Shown: positions 24,127-33,798, numbered from the stretch's first letter. The stretch is 35,541 nt of DNA from Patescibacteria group bacterium (GCA_028703545.1 JAQVMR010000001.1:1-35541); one strand, 5' to 3'. Numbers and translations: made by a program. Notes: a model not told the origin generated them from the letters alone.

Positions 24127-25696
24127 ACCAGTTGCTCTTATAATTTTGGACGGTTGGGGTGTATATCGCCCATCTATTGGAAATGCTATAACACTAGCAG
24201 ATGTTTCTTATTGGCGTGAACTTATAAAAAATTACCCTAACTTTTTATTACAAGCGTCTGGAGAGGCAGTTGGACTTCCATATGGAGAAATGGGAAATTC
24301 AGAAGTCGGACACCTAACAATTGGTTCTGGACAAATAGTTTTACAAAGTTTAAATAGAATTAATAAAAAAATATTAGATGGTTCTTTTTTTGAAAATGAA
24401 TCAATTTTAAAAGCAATTGATCATGTGAAGGAAAATAATAGTGCACTTCATTTTTTGGGACTATTGGGAACCGGAGGGGTGCATTCATATGAAGCCCATC
24501 TAGAATCGCTTATAAAATTAGCTTGTGATAAGGAGGTGGATAGAATTTATTTGCATTTATTTTTAGATGGTAGAGATACAGCAAAAAATAAGGGTATAGA
24601 TTTTTTAAGAGGCCTACAAAAAACTTTAAATATATATGGTTGTGGAAAAATTGCAACACTGTCGGGTAGATTTTACGGGATGGATAGAAATAATAATTGG
24701 GACAGAATTAAATTATCTTATGATGCAATTTTTCATGGAGAATCAAAAGATTCATTCGATGATCCAATTTTAGCAATTCAGTCATCTTATGCAAAAAATA
24801 TTTATGACGAGGAATTTAAACCAGTTGTAATAAAAGAAAATGGAAATCCAGTAACACAAATTTCTGACAATGATGCAATTATATTTTTTAATTTCAGAGC
24901 AGATAGGGCAAGACAAATGACACGCGCTATTGTACTTGATGATTTCAAAGAATTTGATAGAAGAAAAAGACCTGATAATGTTTTTATGGTAACTTTTACA
25001 GAATATGAATCTGGACTTCCAGTTGAAATCGCGTTTAAAAGGCAAGATATAAGTGGAACTCTATCAGAAATTATAAGTTCAAACGGTTTAAGGCAGTTGC
25101 ATATTGCAGAGACAGAAAAATATGCTCACGTTACTTTCTTTTTTAACGGATTGAAAGAAGAAAAATTAAAAAATGAAGAAAGAATTTTAATTCCCTCTCC
25201 CTCCGTTGATTCATATGATCAAAAACCGGAAATGTCCGCAAATGAAATTCGCGAGGCATTAAAAGAAAACCTATCAAAAGATAATTTTGATTTTTATATT
25301 GTAAATTTTGCTAACCCAGATATGGTTGGTCACACAGGAAATTTAAATGCATCAGTAAAAGCCGTTGAAGTAGTTGATAATTGTCTATCGGAAATTATTC
25401 CACTAATTTTAGAAAAAGATGGAACGGCAATAATAACGGCTGATCATGGGAATGTTGAAGAGGTTGTTGATTTGAAAAATGGTGAAATTAATAAAGAACA
25501 TAGTAATTTTCCAGTTCCATTTTTAATTGTGAATAATAAATTTAAAGGTAAAAATAATGGAGTTTCTTTAGAAAATATGTATAAAATGCAGATCTCGGGT
25601 GTTTTATCAGATATTGCTCCAACCATATTATCTTTTTTAGACATAAAGCCAGGCACAGAAATGAAAGGTATTAACTTAAGCAAATTAATAAAATAG
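24116..25696 (+). CDS. gpmI: 2,3-bisphosphoglycerate-independent phosphoglycerate mutase
   Basis: The iPGM N-terminus is present (PVALIILDGWG), as is the catalytic-Ser motif MGNSEVGHLTIGSGQ. Metal-ligand blocks are ANPDMVGHTG and ITADHGN. Length of 526 aa is typical. Confidence 0.93.
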   Translation: MTTKPVALIILDGWGVYRPSIGNAITLADVSYWRELIKNYPNFLLQASGEAVGLPYGEMGNSEVGHLTIGSGQIVLQSLNRINKKILDGSFFENESILKAIDHVKENNSALHFLGLLGTGGVHSYEAHLESLIKLACDKEVDRIYLHLFLDGRDTAKNKGIDFLRGLQKTLNIYGCGKIATLSGRFYGMDRNNNWDRIKLSYDAIFHGESKDSFDDPILAIQSSYAKNIYDEEFKPVVIKENGNPVTQISDNDAIIFFNFRADRARQMTRAIVLDDFKEFDRRKRPDNVFMVTFTEYESGLPVEIAFKRQDISGTLSEIISSNGLRQLHIAETEKYAHVTFFFNGLKEEKLKNEERILIPSPSVDSYDQKPEMSANEIREALKENLSKDNFDFYIVNFANPDMVGHTGNLNASVKAVEVVDNCLSEIIPLILEKDGTAIITADHGNVEEVVDLKNGEINKEHSNFPVPFLIVNNKFKGKNNGVSLENMYKMQISGVLSDIAPTILSFLDIKPGTEMKGINLSKLIK

Positions 25697-25777
25697 TTTT
25701 ATAAAACATATTTAAATTTATTAGATAATTTTCTATTTTTTTGGTAAATTTTATAATGGTATAAGTAATATAAAAAC

Positions 25778-26647
25778 ATGAAAAATAAAAATAATAAAAA
25801 AATACCCCATGGGTTTAATAAGAAATATTTATTTATTTTACCATTTGATCATAGAAGTTTTTTTATTGATCTTTTTGGATTTGGGAAAAAATTAAGAAAA
25901 GAAGAAAAAAAAATAATTTCAGATATTAAACAAGTTATTTACGAAGGATTTTTGTCTGCATATAAAACCTCAAAATATAAACAATTCATGGGAATTTTAA
26001 TTGACGAAGAATTTGGGGGATCAATTATCGAAGACGCAAAAAAGAAAAAAATAATTTTATCAATTTCAACTGAAAAGAGCGGGAAAGCATTTTTTGATTT
26101 TGAGTATGGTAAAAATTTTAAAAATCATATTATAAAAAATAAAGCAACCTTTGTAAAAATTTTAATAAGATATGATTATAGAAAAAATAACAAAGTTCAG
26201 TTGAAAAAAATGAAAATTTTGTATGATTTTTGTGTGCATAATAAAATTGATTTACTTTTAGAACTTTTGACTCCAAATATAAAGAATAAATCACTTTTTA
26301 CAAAAAAAGCGGTTGAGGAAATTTTATCATATGGAATCTTTCCTATAATTTGGAAGATAGAAGGTTATGAAAAAAAATCTGATTGGCGCGATGTTATAAA
26401 ATCTATCAAGATTTATCAGAAAGATCCTAAAATTATAATGCTCGGTAGAGGTGAATCAAAAAATTTGATTAAAAAATGGATTAAATCAGCAAAAGAATTT
26501 AGTAATATAATAGGGTTTGCGGTTGGAAGAACTATATTTTTAGATGCAGTTAAAGATTTTTATAGAACAAAAATTACAAGAGAATTTGCTATAAAAAAAA
26601 TAGCTAAAAATTATGAAGAAATAATTAATTTATGGATAAAAATATGA
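25778..26647 (+). CDS. DUF2090-type class-I aldolase-like TIM-barrel protein
   Basis: The blocks ILPFDHRSFF, GILIDEEFG, IWKIEGY and IGFAVGRTIF resemble the DUF2090 family (2-deoxy-5-keto-gluconate-6-phosphate aldolase-like) as I remember it. Not verified by a search. Confidence 0.5.
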   Translation: MKNKNNKKIPHGFNKKYLFILPFDHRSFFIDLFGFGKKLRKEEKKIISDIKQVIYEGFLSAYKTSKYKQFMGILIDEEFGGSIIEDAKKKKIILSISTEKSGKAFFDFEYGKNFKNHIIKNKATFVKILIRYDYRKNNKVQLKKMKILYDFCVHNKIDLLLELLTPNIKNKSLFTKKAVEEILSYGIFPIIWKIEGYEKKSDWRDVIKSIKIYQKDPKIIMLGRGESKNLIKKWIKSAKEFSNIIGFAVGRTIFLDAVKDFYRTKITREFAIKKIAKNYEEIINLWIKI

Positions 26648-27372
26648 ATACATTTTTTTGGATAATAATTTCTACATTAAGCATTTCAATTATTTCTATA
26701 TTAGGAATAATAACTTTTTTATTTAATGAAAAAATTTTAAAAAGAATTATTCTTTTACTTGTTGCTTTGTCTGCCGGAGCATTACTCGGTGGAGCATTTT
26801 TTCATTTAATCCCAGAATCAATTGAGATTTTTGGTATAAATAACAATGTTTTTTTGTATATAATAATAGGATTTTCTATATTTTTTCTCTTAGAACAATT
26901 TATACATTGGCATCATTGTCACAAAACGCCATCAGAACACAAAGAGCCATTTACATATTTGGTTATTATGGCAGACACTATTCACAATTTTTTAGATGGA
27001 ATAATAATTGGATCGTCTTTTCTTATTGATATAAAACTTGGTATAACCACATGGATAGTTGTTGCGCTTCATGAAATTCCACAAGAATTAGGAGACTTTG
27101 GAGTTTTAATTCACGGAGGATGGAAAAAAACAAAAGCATTGTTATTTAATTTCATATCATCTTTATCTGTTGTGCTGGGCGGAATAGTTTCTTATTTATT
27201 TTTAAAAGAAAAAGATGTTTTCTTCTTACTCCCATTTGCAGCGGGAAGTTTTATTTATATTGCATCATCTGATTTAATTCCGGAAATAAAAACACATCCA
27301 AAGTTAAAAGAGGGTTTGCTCCATTTTTTATTTTTTATAACTGGAGTATTTTTTATATTTTTGTTAAAATAA
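26644..27372 (+). CDS. ZIP-family divalent metal (Zn/Fe) transporter
   Basis: ZIP signatures are present: HNFLDGIIIGSSF and ALHEIPQELGDFGVLIHGG. There is a His-rich loop, HWHHCHKTPSEH. About 8 hydrophobic spans. I prefer the ATG at 26644, which forms an ATGA overlap with the upstream stop (track start 26632). Confidence 0.85.
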   Translation: MNTFFWIIISTLSISIISILGIITFLFNEKILKRIILLLVALSAGALLGGAFFHLIPESIEIFGINNNVFLYIIIGFSIFFLLEQFIHWHHCHKTPSEHKEPFTYLVIMADTIHNFLDGIIIGSSFLIDIKLGITTWIVVALHEIPQELGDFGVLIHGGWKKTKALLFNFISSLSVVLGGIVSYLFLKEKDVFFLLPFAAGSFIYIASSDLIPEIKTHPKLKEGLLHFLFFITGVFFIFLLK

Positions 27373-27411
27373 TATTTCAATTTATTTATTTTTAAAAATA
27401 AGACTTAAAAA

Positions 27412-27604
27412 ATGTGCATATTTTTAGAAATAGATTCATTAATCGGGGGTATTTATTTTAATTTCAATTATTGCTATTATAATAGCAAGCGGAATTTTAT
27501 ATATGTTTGATAAAAAACAAGATAAAATAGATGCTGACTTTGAAAGAAGTCTGACAAGTATTCAAAATTGTGTTAATTTTGCAACAACTACAACTAATAA
27601 ATAA
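27412..27604 (+). pseudogene. Possible small membrane-protein ORF split by a +1 frame change at a G5 run
   Basis: An ATG at 27412 opens MCIFLEIDSLIGG, which stops at 27508 in that frame (32 codons). The +1 frame from the G5 run (27445-27449) reads VFILISIIAIIIASGILYMFDKKQDKIDADFERSLTSIQNCVNFATTTTNK and stops at 27602-27604, 11 nt before the next gene. Removing one G would fuse the two into a 63-codon ORF. Confidence 0.25.
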
Positions 27605-27615
27605 TAAGAAAAAAT

Positions 27616-28845
27616 ATGCCAAGAGCTAAAAAAACACAGGACATAGCACCTGTTATAATCAAACAATCAGGACCAAAACCAATAGTAATTGTTATTGCCC
27701 TTATCATAACAGCAATATTTGTTGGTGGAATTGTATTTTTTGGTCAACAAAGAATAGTTAATCAAAATAAAGAAGAATTAGAACAATCAAAAGATCAAAT
27801 TAGGGCGCTACAGGATCAACTAGATCAATTACAAAATGTTATAAATTCAGGCACACAAACCAAACAAGAAGGAAAAAAGTATTATAATGAAAAATATGGA
27901 TTTAGTCTTACTATTCTTAAATCATGGAATAAATATTCAACAGAAGAAAAAGTATTAACAGTTGATTCCGAAAAATTTGATTCAGTAGATGTTTATTTTG
28001 AACAAGATCAACCTATTTTTAATATTGCAGCGATTGATAAGGATAAATGGGAAGATTTACAAAAATCTGAATCTTATAAACCCGTAAAATTAACAGAAAA
28101 TGATAAATATGTATTTTCATTTAGTTTTCATAAAGATGCACAGCAGCCCCTTGTAGAATCTTTAAGAACTGATATAGAAAAGATTGTCTCAACCTTTCAA
28201 TTTGAACAAATACCCCAAGCGCAGCTTAATATTGAAAATTGTTCCTCAGATAAATTTAGTATGAAGGATGGCATTACAAAATTAAATATCGCAGCTTTTA
28301 ATGATCAAGCATTTACAACAACAGTAAATGGTTGCTTTCATACACTCCCAGATGTTTTAAAGACAACAAGTAAATATATTTATATTGGAATTAAGCCAGA
28401 AGGTGTTGGAGGATATATCCTATATGGTAAATATGTGGCTTTATTTAGAGTTAATTTAGAAAATTCAAAATCAGAAAGTATTTTTGGAAGCAATGGGGAT
28501 GCTTTAGCTGTGACAGATATTGATTTTTCATCAGACAATAAATTAATTGTTTATAAAGTAAAGTCAGATAATAATGACGAATTTGTTGTAAAAAATTTAG
28601 AAACATTAAAAGATACAAAATATAAATTACCAGTTTCTGGATCTGATATGCAATTTGGTAACTTTAAATTTTCGCCAGACGCATCAAAAATTGCTATCGC
28701 AATTGGTTATGGTCCAGACAAAGAACATGGATCAGTTTATACAATAAATTTGTCAGATAAAAAATTTACTTCATATCAAACATTTGATGCAAAAATTCCA
28801 TACATTGATTCATGGAAAGACGAAGAAACTCTTAATTTAAAATAA
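27616..28845 (+). CDS. Membrane-anchored protein with a coiled coil and PD40/TolB-like beta-propeller repeats
   Basis: N-terminal TM helix (IVIVIALIITAIFVGGIVFF), then a coiled coil (EELEQSKDQIRALQDQLDQLQ). C-terminal repeats resemble PD40 units (IDFSSDNKLIVYKV..., FKFSPDASKIAIAIGYGPDKEHGSVYTINL). Its stop abuts the next ATG (TAAATG). Confidence 0.55.
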   Translation: MPRAKKTQDIAPVIIKQSGPKPIVIVIALIITAIFVGGIVFFGQQRIVNQNKEELEQSKDQIRALQDQLDQLQNVINSGTQTKQEGKKYYNEKYGFSLTILKSWNKYSTEEKVLTVDSEKFDSVDVYFEQDQPIFNIAAIDKDKWEDLQKSESYKPVKLTENDKYVFSFSFHKDAQQPLVESLRTDIEKIVSTFQFEQIPQAQLNIENCSSDKFSMKDGITKLNIAAFNDQAFTTTVNGCFHTLPDVLKTTSKYIYIGIKPEGVGGYILYGKYVALFRVNLENSKSESIFGSNGDALAVTDIDFSSDNKLIVYKVKSDNNDEFVVKNLETLKDTKYKLPVSGSDMQFGNFKFSPDASKIAIAIGYGPDKEHGSVYTINLSDKKFTSYQTFDAKIPYIDSWKDEETLNLK

Positions 28846-29106
28846 ATGAAAATTATTAGAATTGAAGCAGACTGGTGTCCAGAGTGTGTTATTTTTATGA
28901 AACCAGTTTGGGATGAAATTTCTCGGGAATTTCCTGATATTGTTATGGAGGTTTTAAATTATGATAAAGACGAAGAAATAAAAACAAAGTATAATATTTC
29001 CAAAGTTCCTACATTTGTATTTTTAAATGATTTTGAAGATGAGATTGTAAGAAGAAATGGAATTATCTCAAAGAAGGAAATTATTGAAATAATCAAGCAA
29101 ATTTAA
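28846..29106 (+). CDS. Small thioredoxin-fold protein (WCPEC active site)
   Basis: 86 aa with an N-terminal beta-strand followed by a CxxC motif (IEADWCPECV). The conserved cis-Pro context (KVPTFVF) of the thioredoxin fold is present. Confidence 0.7.
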   Translation: MKIIRIEADWCPECVIFMKPVWDEISREFPDIVMEVLNYDKDEEIKTKYNISKVPTFVFLNDFEDEIVRRNGIISKKEIIEIIKQI

Positions 29107-29108
29107 GT

Positions 29109-30308
29109 ATGAAATTTTTAAAAACATTTTTATTTGTTTTCATATTTTTATTCTTATTTTTAAAGTTTTCTTATGCACAGGAAAATAGAGTTATTGTTGA
29201 TTTTTTTTATTCTCCAACTTGTTCTCATTGCAGTGCCGAGAGGAGGTTTTTTGATGAAATACAGCCCAGATTCCCAGAGCTTGTCGTAAATAGATATAAT
29301 ATCACAGAACAGGAAAATATAGATAAATTAAAAGAATATTATAAAAATTATAATGTATCAGAGCAAGAATATGGACTTGTTCCAATAACATTTATAAATG
29401 ATGAACATTTTGTTGGTTTTGACAAAACAATAAAAGTGAATTTAGAATCAAAAATTACAAAATATGTAGCAGAGTGTAAAAAACCAATCATAGATCAAGG
29501 GTGTGATAAACAGTTAGAGGGAGTTTCAAAAAAAGAACAAATTAAAATTCCATTACTTGGTGTAATTAATATTTCCGGAATTCATCCATTTTTACTTAGT
29601 TCAATTTTTGGATTTTTAGATGGCTTTAATGCTTGTGCTCTTATGGCGCTTGCATTTTTACTCGCGGTTTTAGTTGGAACTGGAGATAGAAAAAGAATAC
29701 TTTTGATTGGTGGAACTTTTGTTTTGGTATCGGGTATTGTTTATTTTATGTTTATTTCTGCGTGGCTTAATTTATTTATGTTTTTGTCATATATAAAATT
29801 TTTGTCATTTATAATCGCACTTCTCGTAATATTTTTTGGCATAACTTTGCTACGTGAATATATTGTAAAAATTGTTTGTAAAATTTGTGACACACCAGAG
29901 AATAAGAAAGAATCATTTCTTACAAAATTTCAGAGAAAGATTTTTGTTAAAATGTCTGCTGTTGGAAAAAGCTCGGTGTCAATTTGGTTTGCAATTCCCA
30001 TAGTTTCTATGCTTGCAGCTGGAGTAAACACAATAGAGCTTTTTTGTTCTCTTGGATTTCCCCTGGCCTATACAAAAATTTTAACAACTTATAATTTAAG
30101 TCCAATCGTATATTATTTATATATTTTGGTTTATATATTTTTCTATGTTTTAGATCAGCTTGTGATTTTATTTATAGCACTTTTTAGTTTAAAAATTACA
30201 ATGATTTCAGAGCGTGGAATAAGAATCGTAAAACTTATAAGCGGAATATTTTTGTTAATACTTGGTATTATAATTTTAATAAATCCGGGAATTATTTCTT
30301 CTATTTAA
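29109..30308 (+). CDS. Thioredoxin-like domain fused to a DsbD/CcdA-like polytopic membrane domain
   Basis: Signal peptide, then a CxxC thioredoxin-like domain (FYSPTCSHCSAE). The membrane domain starts with a DsbD-type motif (GFLDGFNACALMALAFLL). A further CKIC pair lies in a loop. The gene starts 2 nt after the previous stop. Confidence 0.6.
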   Translation: MKFLKTFLFVFIFLFLFLKFSYAQENRVIVDFFYSPTCSHCSAERRFFDEIQPRFPELVVNRYNITEQENIDKLKEYYKNYNVSEQEYGLVPITFINDEHFVGFDKTIKVNLESKITKYVAECKKPIIDQGCDKQLEGVSKKEQIKIPLLGVINISGIHPFLLSSIFGFLDGFNACALMALAFLLAVLVGTGDRKRILLIGGTFVLVSGIVYFMFISAWLNLFMFLSYIKFLSFIIALLVIFFGITLLREYIVKIVCKICDTPENKKESFLTKFQRKIFVKMSAVGKSSVSIWFAIPIVSMLAAGVNTIELFCSLGFPLAYTKILTTYNLSPIVYYLYILVYIFFYVLDQLVILFIALFSLKITMISERGIRIVKLISGIFLLILGIIILINPGIISSI

Positions 30309-30456
30309 TAATATTTTTTTAGAAAAAAATATTTTTATCTCTTTTTTTGTTTTTTTATTGATTCCTATTTTTGTTTTTGCTCAGAGTCCACAGAAGGTAA
30401 GTAGTATATTCAATCACTCAAATCAGAAAAAATTAAATAAATTTTAAGTTCATATT

Positions 30457-30482
30457 AACCCAGCAAAATGTTGGGTTTTTTT
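30457..30482 (+). terminator. Intrinsic terminator between convergent genes
   Basis: AACCCAGCA-aaa-TGTTGGGTT forms a 9-bp stem with one G-U pair, followed by a T-run (T7 counting the stem-end Ts). It lies downstream of the thioredoxin/DsbD operon and 3 nt before the stop of the convergent L,D-transpeptidase gene. Confidence 0.6.
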
Positions 30483-30484
30483 AA

Positions 30485-31684
30485 TTATTTTATTGTAATT
30501 TTTGTTCCTATATCTGCCCAGGAGTAGAGTGCTTCCATATCTGTATATGAGACATTTACACATCCGTGACTCATTTTTTTCCCAAAATTATTGTGCCAAT
30601 AAGCACCGTGAATATAGAATCTGTATTTTTGAGTTGTAAAATGTAGATTCCATTTTGTATTTGGATAATAAAAATTGTAACCACTTCCACCGTATTGCTT
30701 TGATGGAATTTTATCTAAAACTTTAAAGTTTCCAAGGGGCGTGTCCATTCCTCTTATTCCGCTTGATATTAAAAAAGAATCAAGTAGTTTTTCTCCCGAA
30801 TAATATTCAAGTTTTTGTGTTTTTATATCAATCTTTATTATTTTTTCTTGTTTTTTGTTTGATTCTGAGCTTGGATCATAATTATTTTTTACCTCATCTC
30901 CGTCTTTATGGCCATCTCCATCTGTATCAGGATTTTTTAAATCGCTTTTATAGGCGATTTCAAAAAAATTATTTAATCCATCATTATCAGTATCAACTTC
31001 AAGAAGTTTTATATTTTTATCTATTGGTGAGAGATTTTTATTTATTTCATCTCCATCACTAATTTTATCTCCATCAGTGTCTTTATTATCATAATCAGTG
31101 TAATAAAAATGTTCTTCGTCATAATCAAATAATCCATCCCCATCAGAATCATAATTTTTTATAAGGGGAATGCTAAATTTTGAAAAATGTCTCAATGAAT
31201 CATCTTTATTATTTATAATTTGACCATTTTTGTAATTAGATAAATCCATTTCGACAAAATAATCAAAATCAAAACTATTTGTAAGAAATGAATCTGCATT
31301 CAAAAATGGCCTTTTGAAACCATTTTCTATATAATAGAACCCATTGCTATTAATATTTTTTACAATTGTTCCCGTTGTTAAATTATCTATTTGTTTTTCA
31401 TACTTGCCAGATTTATATCTAACCATGCCACCAAACTCAAATGAATTAATTATATTTTTATCTACAGTTTTTACATAATCAAATTTATCAAACCAACTTA
31501 AATAGGTTTTTGAATCTAAAAAATTATATTTTTTATTGTCTGCTCCTATATAAAAAACAGCTCTATCCTCTGATGTTAAAAGTGTACCCCTATAATCTTC
31601 TTGAGCAAGACAGGGTTTAATTGAAAATAAAAAAATTATTATGATAAAAATATTTGAGATGTATTTGATTAGATTTATTGGCAT
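30485..31684 (-). CDS. L,D-transpeptidase (YkuD domain) with four TSP3-type Ca-binding repeats
   Basis: C-terminal YkuD catalytic block IHGAYWHNNFGKKMSHGCVNV. The central repeats are DSDGDGLFDYDE, DTDGDKISDGDE, DTDNDGLNNFFE and DTDGDGHKDGDE. I prefer the ATG at 31684, which gives the signal peptide MPINLIKYISNIFIIIIFLFSIKPCLAQ (track start 31765). Confidence 0.85.
   Translation of the reverse strand: MPINLIKYISNIFIIIIFLFSIKPCLAQEDYRGTLLTSEDRAVFYIGADNKKYNFLDSKTYLSWFDKFDYVKTVDKNIINSFEFGGMVRYKSGKYEKQIDNLTTGTIVKNINSNGFYYIENGFKRPFLNADSFLTNSFDFDYFVEMDLSNYKNGQIINNKDDSLRHFSKFSIPLIKNYDSDGDGLFDYDEEHFYYTDYDNKDTDGDKISDGDEINKNLSPIDKNIKLLEVDTDNDGLNNFFEIAYKSDLKNPDTDGDGHKDGDEVKNNYDPSSESNKKQEKIIKIDIKTQKLEYYSGEKLLDSFLISSGIRGMDTPLGNFKVLDKIPSKQYGGSGYNFYYPNTKWNLHFTTQKYRFYIHGAYWHNNFGKKMSHGCVNVSYTDMEALYSWADIGTKITIK
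30893..31150 (-). repeat. Four TSP3-type calcium-binding repeats (protein level) in the L,D-transpeptidase
   Basis: DSDGDGLFDYDE, DTDGDKISDGDE, DTDNDGLNNFFE and DTDGDGHKDGDE, read from the minus-strand translation. Confidence 0.8.
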
Positions 31685-31741
31685 TTCTATTTGTATTTGA
31701 CTAAAATGTATTGATATGCTATTATTATACCATAAATAAAT

Positions 31742-31954
31742 ATGAAACTTATATATATAGCACAAATAGTAGTAGGAATACTACTCATTATATCTATTTT
31801 ACTTCAATCTCGTGGAGGGGGGCTTTCTTCTGTTTTTGGAGGCACAAGCACTGTTTTTCAGGTTAAAAGAGGTGCAGAAAAATTTATATTCAACTCAACA
31901 ATATTTTTAGGAATAATATTTATAATATTGTGTCTTGCGGTTCTATTTATTTAA
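31742..31954 (+). CDS. secG: Preprotein translocase subunit SecG
   Basis: 70 aa with two TM helices. The SecG hallmark LLQSRGGGLSSVFGG follows TM1. Confidence 0.85.
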   Translation: MKLIYIAQIVVGILLIISILLQSRGGGLSSVFGGTSTVFQVKRGAEKFIFNSTIFLGIIFIILCLAVLFI

Positions 31955-31980
31955 AACCCTAAAACTTTATATAGAAAAAT

Positions 31981-33798
31981 GTGAAGAAATTAATGTTTGG
32001 AATTACTCATAAAATTCTGAAAAGACTAAATAGTTTTTTTAATAAATTAAAAACATTTGTTTTTGGTATTTTTAAGATTAAATACGATCCAGATCATAAA
32101 CTAATTTCCAATTTATCAGATAAAAAGACCCCAAGCATTCATCAACTACTACAGGTCAGTCATTTTATGAAAACTAAAGAAAAAAAAGTTTTTTATATTT
32201 TTTTGATCGCGGGTTTTTTGTCTTTGTTTTTTCTTATTTATAGAACCTTTTTAGCATATACAGTACACGCTCCCGTAGACGGAGGAGAATACAGTGAAGG
32301 TTTAATGGGTAATATAGAATACTTAAATCCAGTTTTAAATAAAGGAAATGATGTTGATAGAGATATATCAAAATTAATTTTTTCGGGACTTTTTAAAATT
32401 AATACAATGGGCGAGATTGAAAATGATTTAGTGAGTGATTATTCTATTTCGGAAGATAAAAAAATATATACTTTTAATTTAAAAGACAATATTTATTTTC
32501 ATGACGGAGTTAATTTAACAGCAGATGATATTGAATTTACTTTGTCTGCAATTCAGAATCCAAATTTTAATAGTTCCTTATATAAAACATTTGACGGTAT
32601 AATTTTTGAAAAAATATCAGACAAATCATTTAAACTTGTTTTAGAAGAACCCTTGCCAATATTTTTGCAAACCCTAACATTTGGAATTTTGCCAGTTCAT
32701 TTATGGCAAAATATACCAGTAGAAAATGCTACACTTTCTGAATTAAACAAGAAACCAATCGGAAGCGGTCCTTATGAATTTTTTTCAATAAAAAAAGATT
32801 CTGATGGCTACATTAAGCAATATACAATTTCAAAGTTTAAAAATTTTTATGGGGACAAGCCATACATAGATAAAATTACATTTAAATTTTATGCAGATTT
32901 CGAGCAAGCATTAAAAGATCTAAAAGCATCAAAGATTTTGAGTTTAAACTATATTCCCAATGAAACAGCTCAGAAAATTAAAGAATTAAGGCATTTCAAT
33001 TTACAACAAGTAAATATCCCAAGATACACGGCGTTATTTTTTAATTCTAAAAAATCAGAATTTTTAAAAGATAAAAAAATAAGACAGGCACTATTACTAT
33101 CCTTAAATAAAAATGAAATTGCAAAGAGCGTAGGGCTTGAAGATTATATTTCTTATGGACCAATGGATCAGATGATAGAAAAACAAAGCGATGAATATAA
33201 TATAGATAAGGCAAGATCTCTTCTTGGTGAATCTGGATGGAAAGATGAAAATGGCCAACTTAAAAAATCCGGAAATCAGATGATTTTAAAAATTACGATA
33301 GTTGACAATCCAGACTATGTTAAATATTTACAACTTATAAAAGATGAATGGTCTAAGCTGGGAATTGCCGTTGAAATTGAGACAATAGATAAGCAAAAAA
33401 TATTGCAAGACATAATTCAGCCTAGAAATTATCAGATTTTATTGTATAGTGAGGTTTTGTCATATGATTTGGATCCTTATTCATTTTGGCACTCATCACA
33501 GATTGCTTCAACTGGATTTAATTTAAGTATGTTTTCAGATAAAGACATTGATACAATTTTAGAGGAAGCGAGGAAAATAGATTCATATGATGATAGGAAA
33601 TTAAAATATGAGGCTTTTCAAAAAATTGTAAAAGACAATGTTTATGCAATATTTTTATTTAATACTCCATATAGTTATCCCTTGAATAAAAAAGTAAAAG
33701 GATTTGAATCAAAATTGGTATATACTCCATCAGATAGATTTTGGAATATAGAGGATTGGTTTATAAAATATAAAATAGTTTTTAAAACGAAAAAATAA
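31981..33798 (+). CDS. ABC transporter substrate-binding protein, family 5 (peptide/nickel type)
   Basis: GTG start, N-terminal TM anchor, then SBP_bac_5-like blocks (FKLVLEEPLPIFLQTL, IGSGPYEF, YDLDPYSFWHSSQ). No permease or ATPase genes are adjacent. Confidence 0.75.
   Translation: MKKLMFGITHKILKRLNSFFNKLKTFVFGIFKIKYDPDHKLISNLSDKKTPSIHQLLQVSHFMKTKEKKVFYIFLIAGFLSLFFLIYRTFLAYTVHAPVDGGEYSEGLMGNIEYLNPVLNKGNDVDRDISKLIFSGLFKINTMGEIENDLVSDYSISEDKKIYTFNLKDNIYFHDGVNLTADDIEFTLSAIQNPNFNSSLYKTFDGIIFEKISDKSFKLVLEEPLPIFLQTLTFGILPVHLWQNIPVENATLSELNKKPIGSGPYEFFSIKKDSDGYIKQYTISKFKNFYGDKPYIDKITFKFYADFEQALKDLKASKILSLNYIPNETAQKIKELRHFNLQQVNIPRYTALFFNSKKSEFLKDKKIRQALLLSLNKNEIAKSVGLEDYISYGPMDQMIEKQSDEYNIDKARSLLGESGWKDENGQLKKSGNQMILKITIVDNPDYVKYLQLIKDEWSKLGIAVEIETIDKQKILQDIIQPRNYQILLYSEVLSYDLDPYSFWHSSQIASTGFNLSMFSDKDIDTILEEARKIDSYDDRKLKYEAFQKIVKDNVYAIFLFNTPYSYPLNKKVKGFESKLVYTPSDRFWNIEDWFIKYKIVFKTKK

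Noticed and set aside
30283-30447. 55-codon stop-free frame that resembles a signal peptide plus a short mature peptide (…KNIFISFFVFLLIPIFVFAQSPQKVSSIFNHSNQKKLNKF*). It ends just before the terminator at 30457.
   Set aside because: There is no ATG or GTG start, and the only TTG lies after the hydrophobic stretch. T-rich spacer DNA readily translates into F/I/L-rich pseudo-signal peptides. It would be worth a look only if a homologous small ORF exists in relatives.
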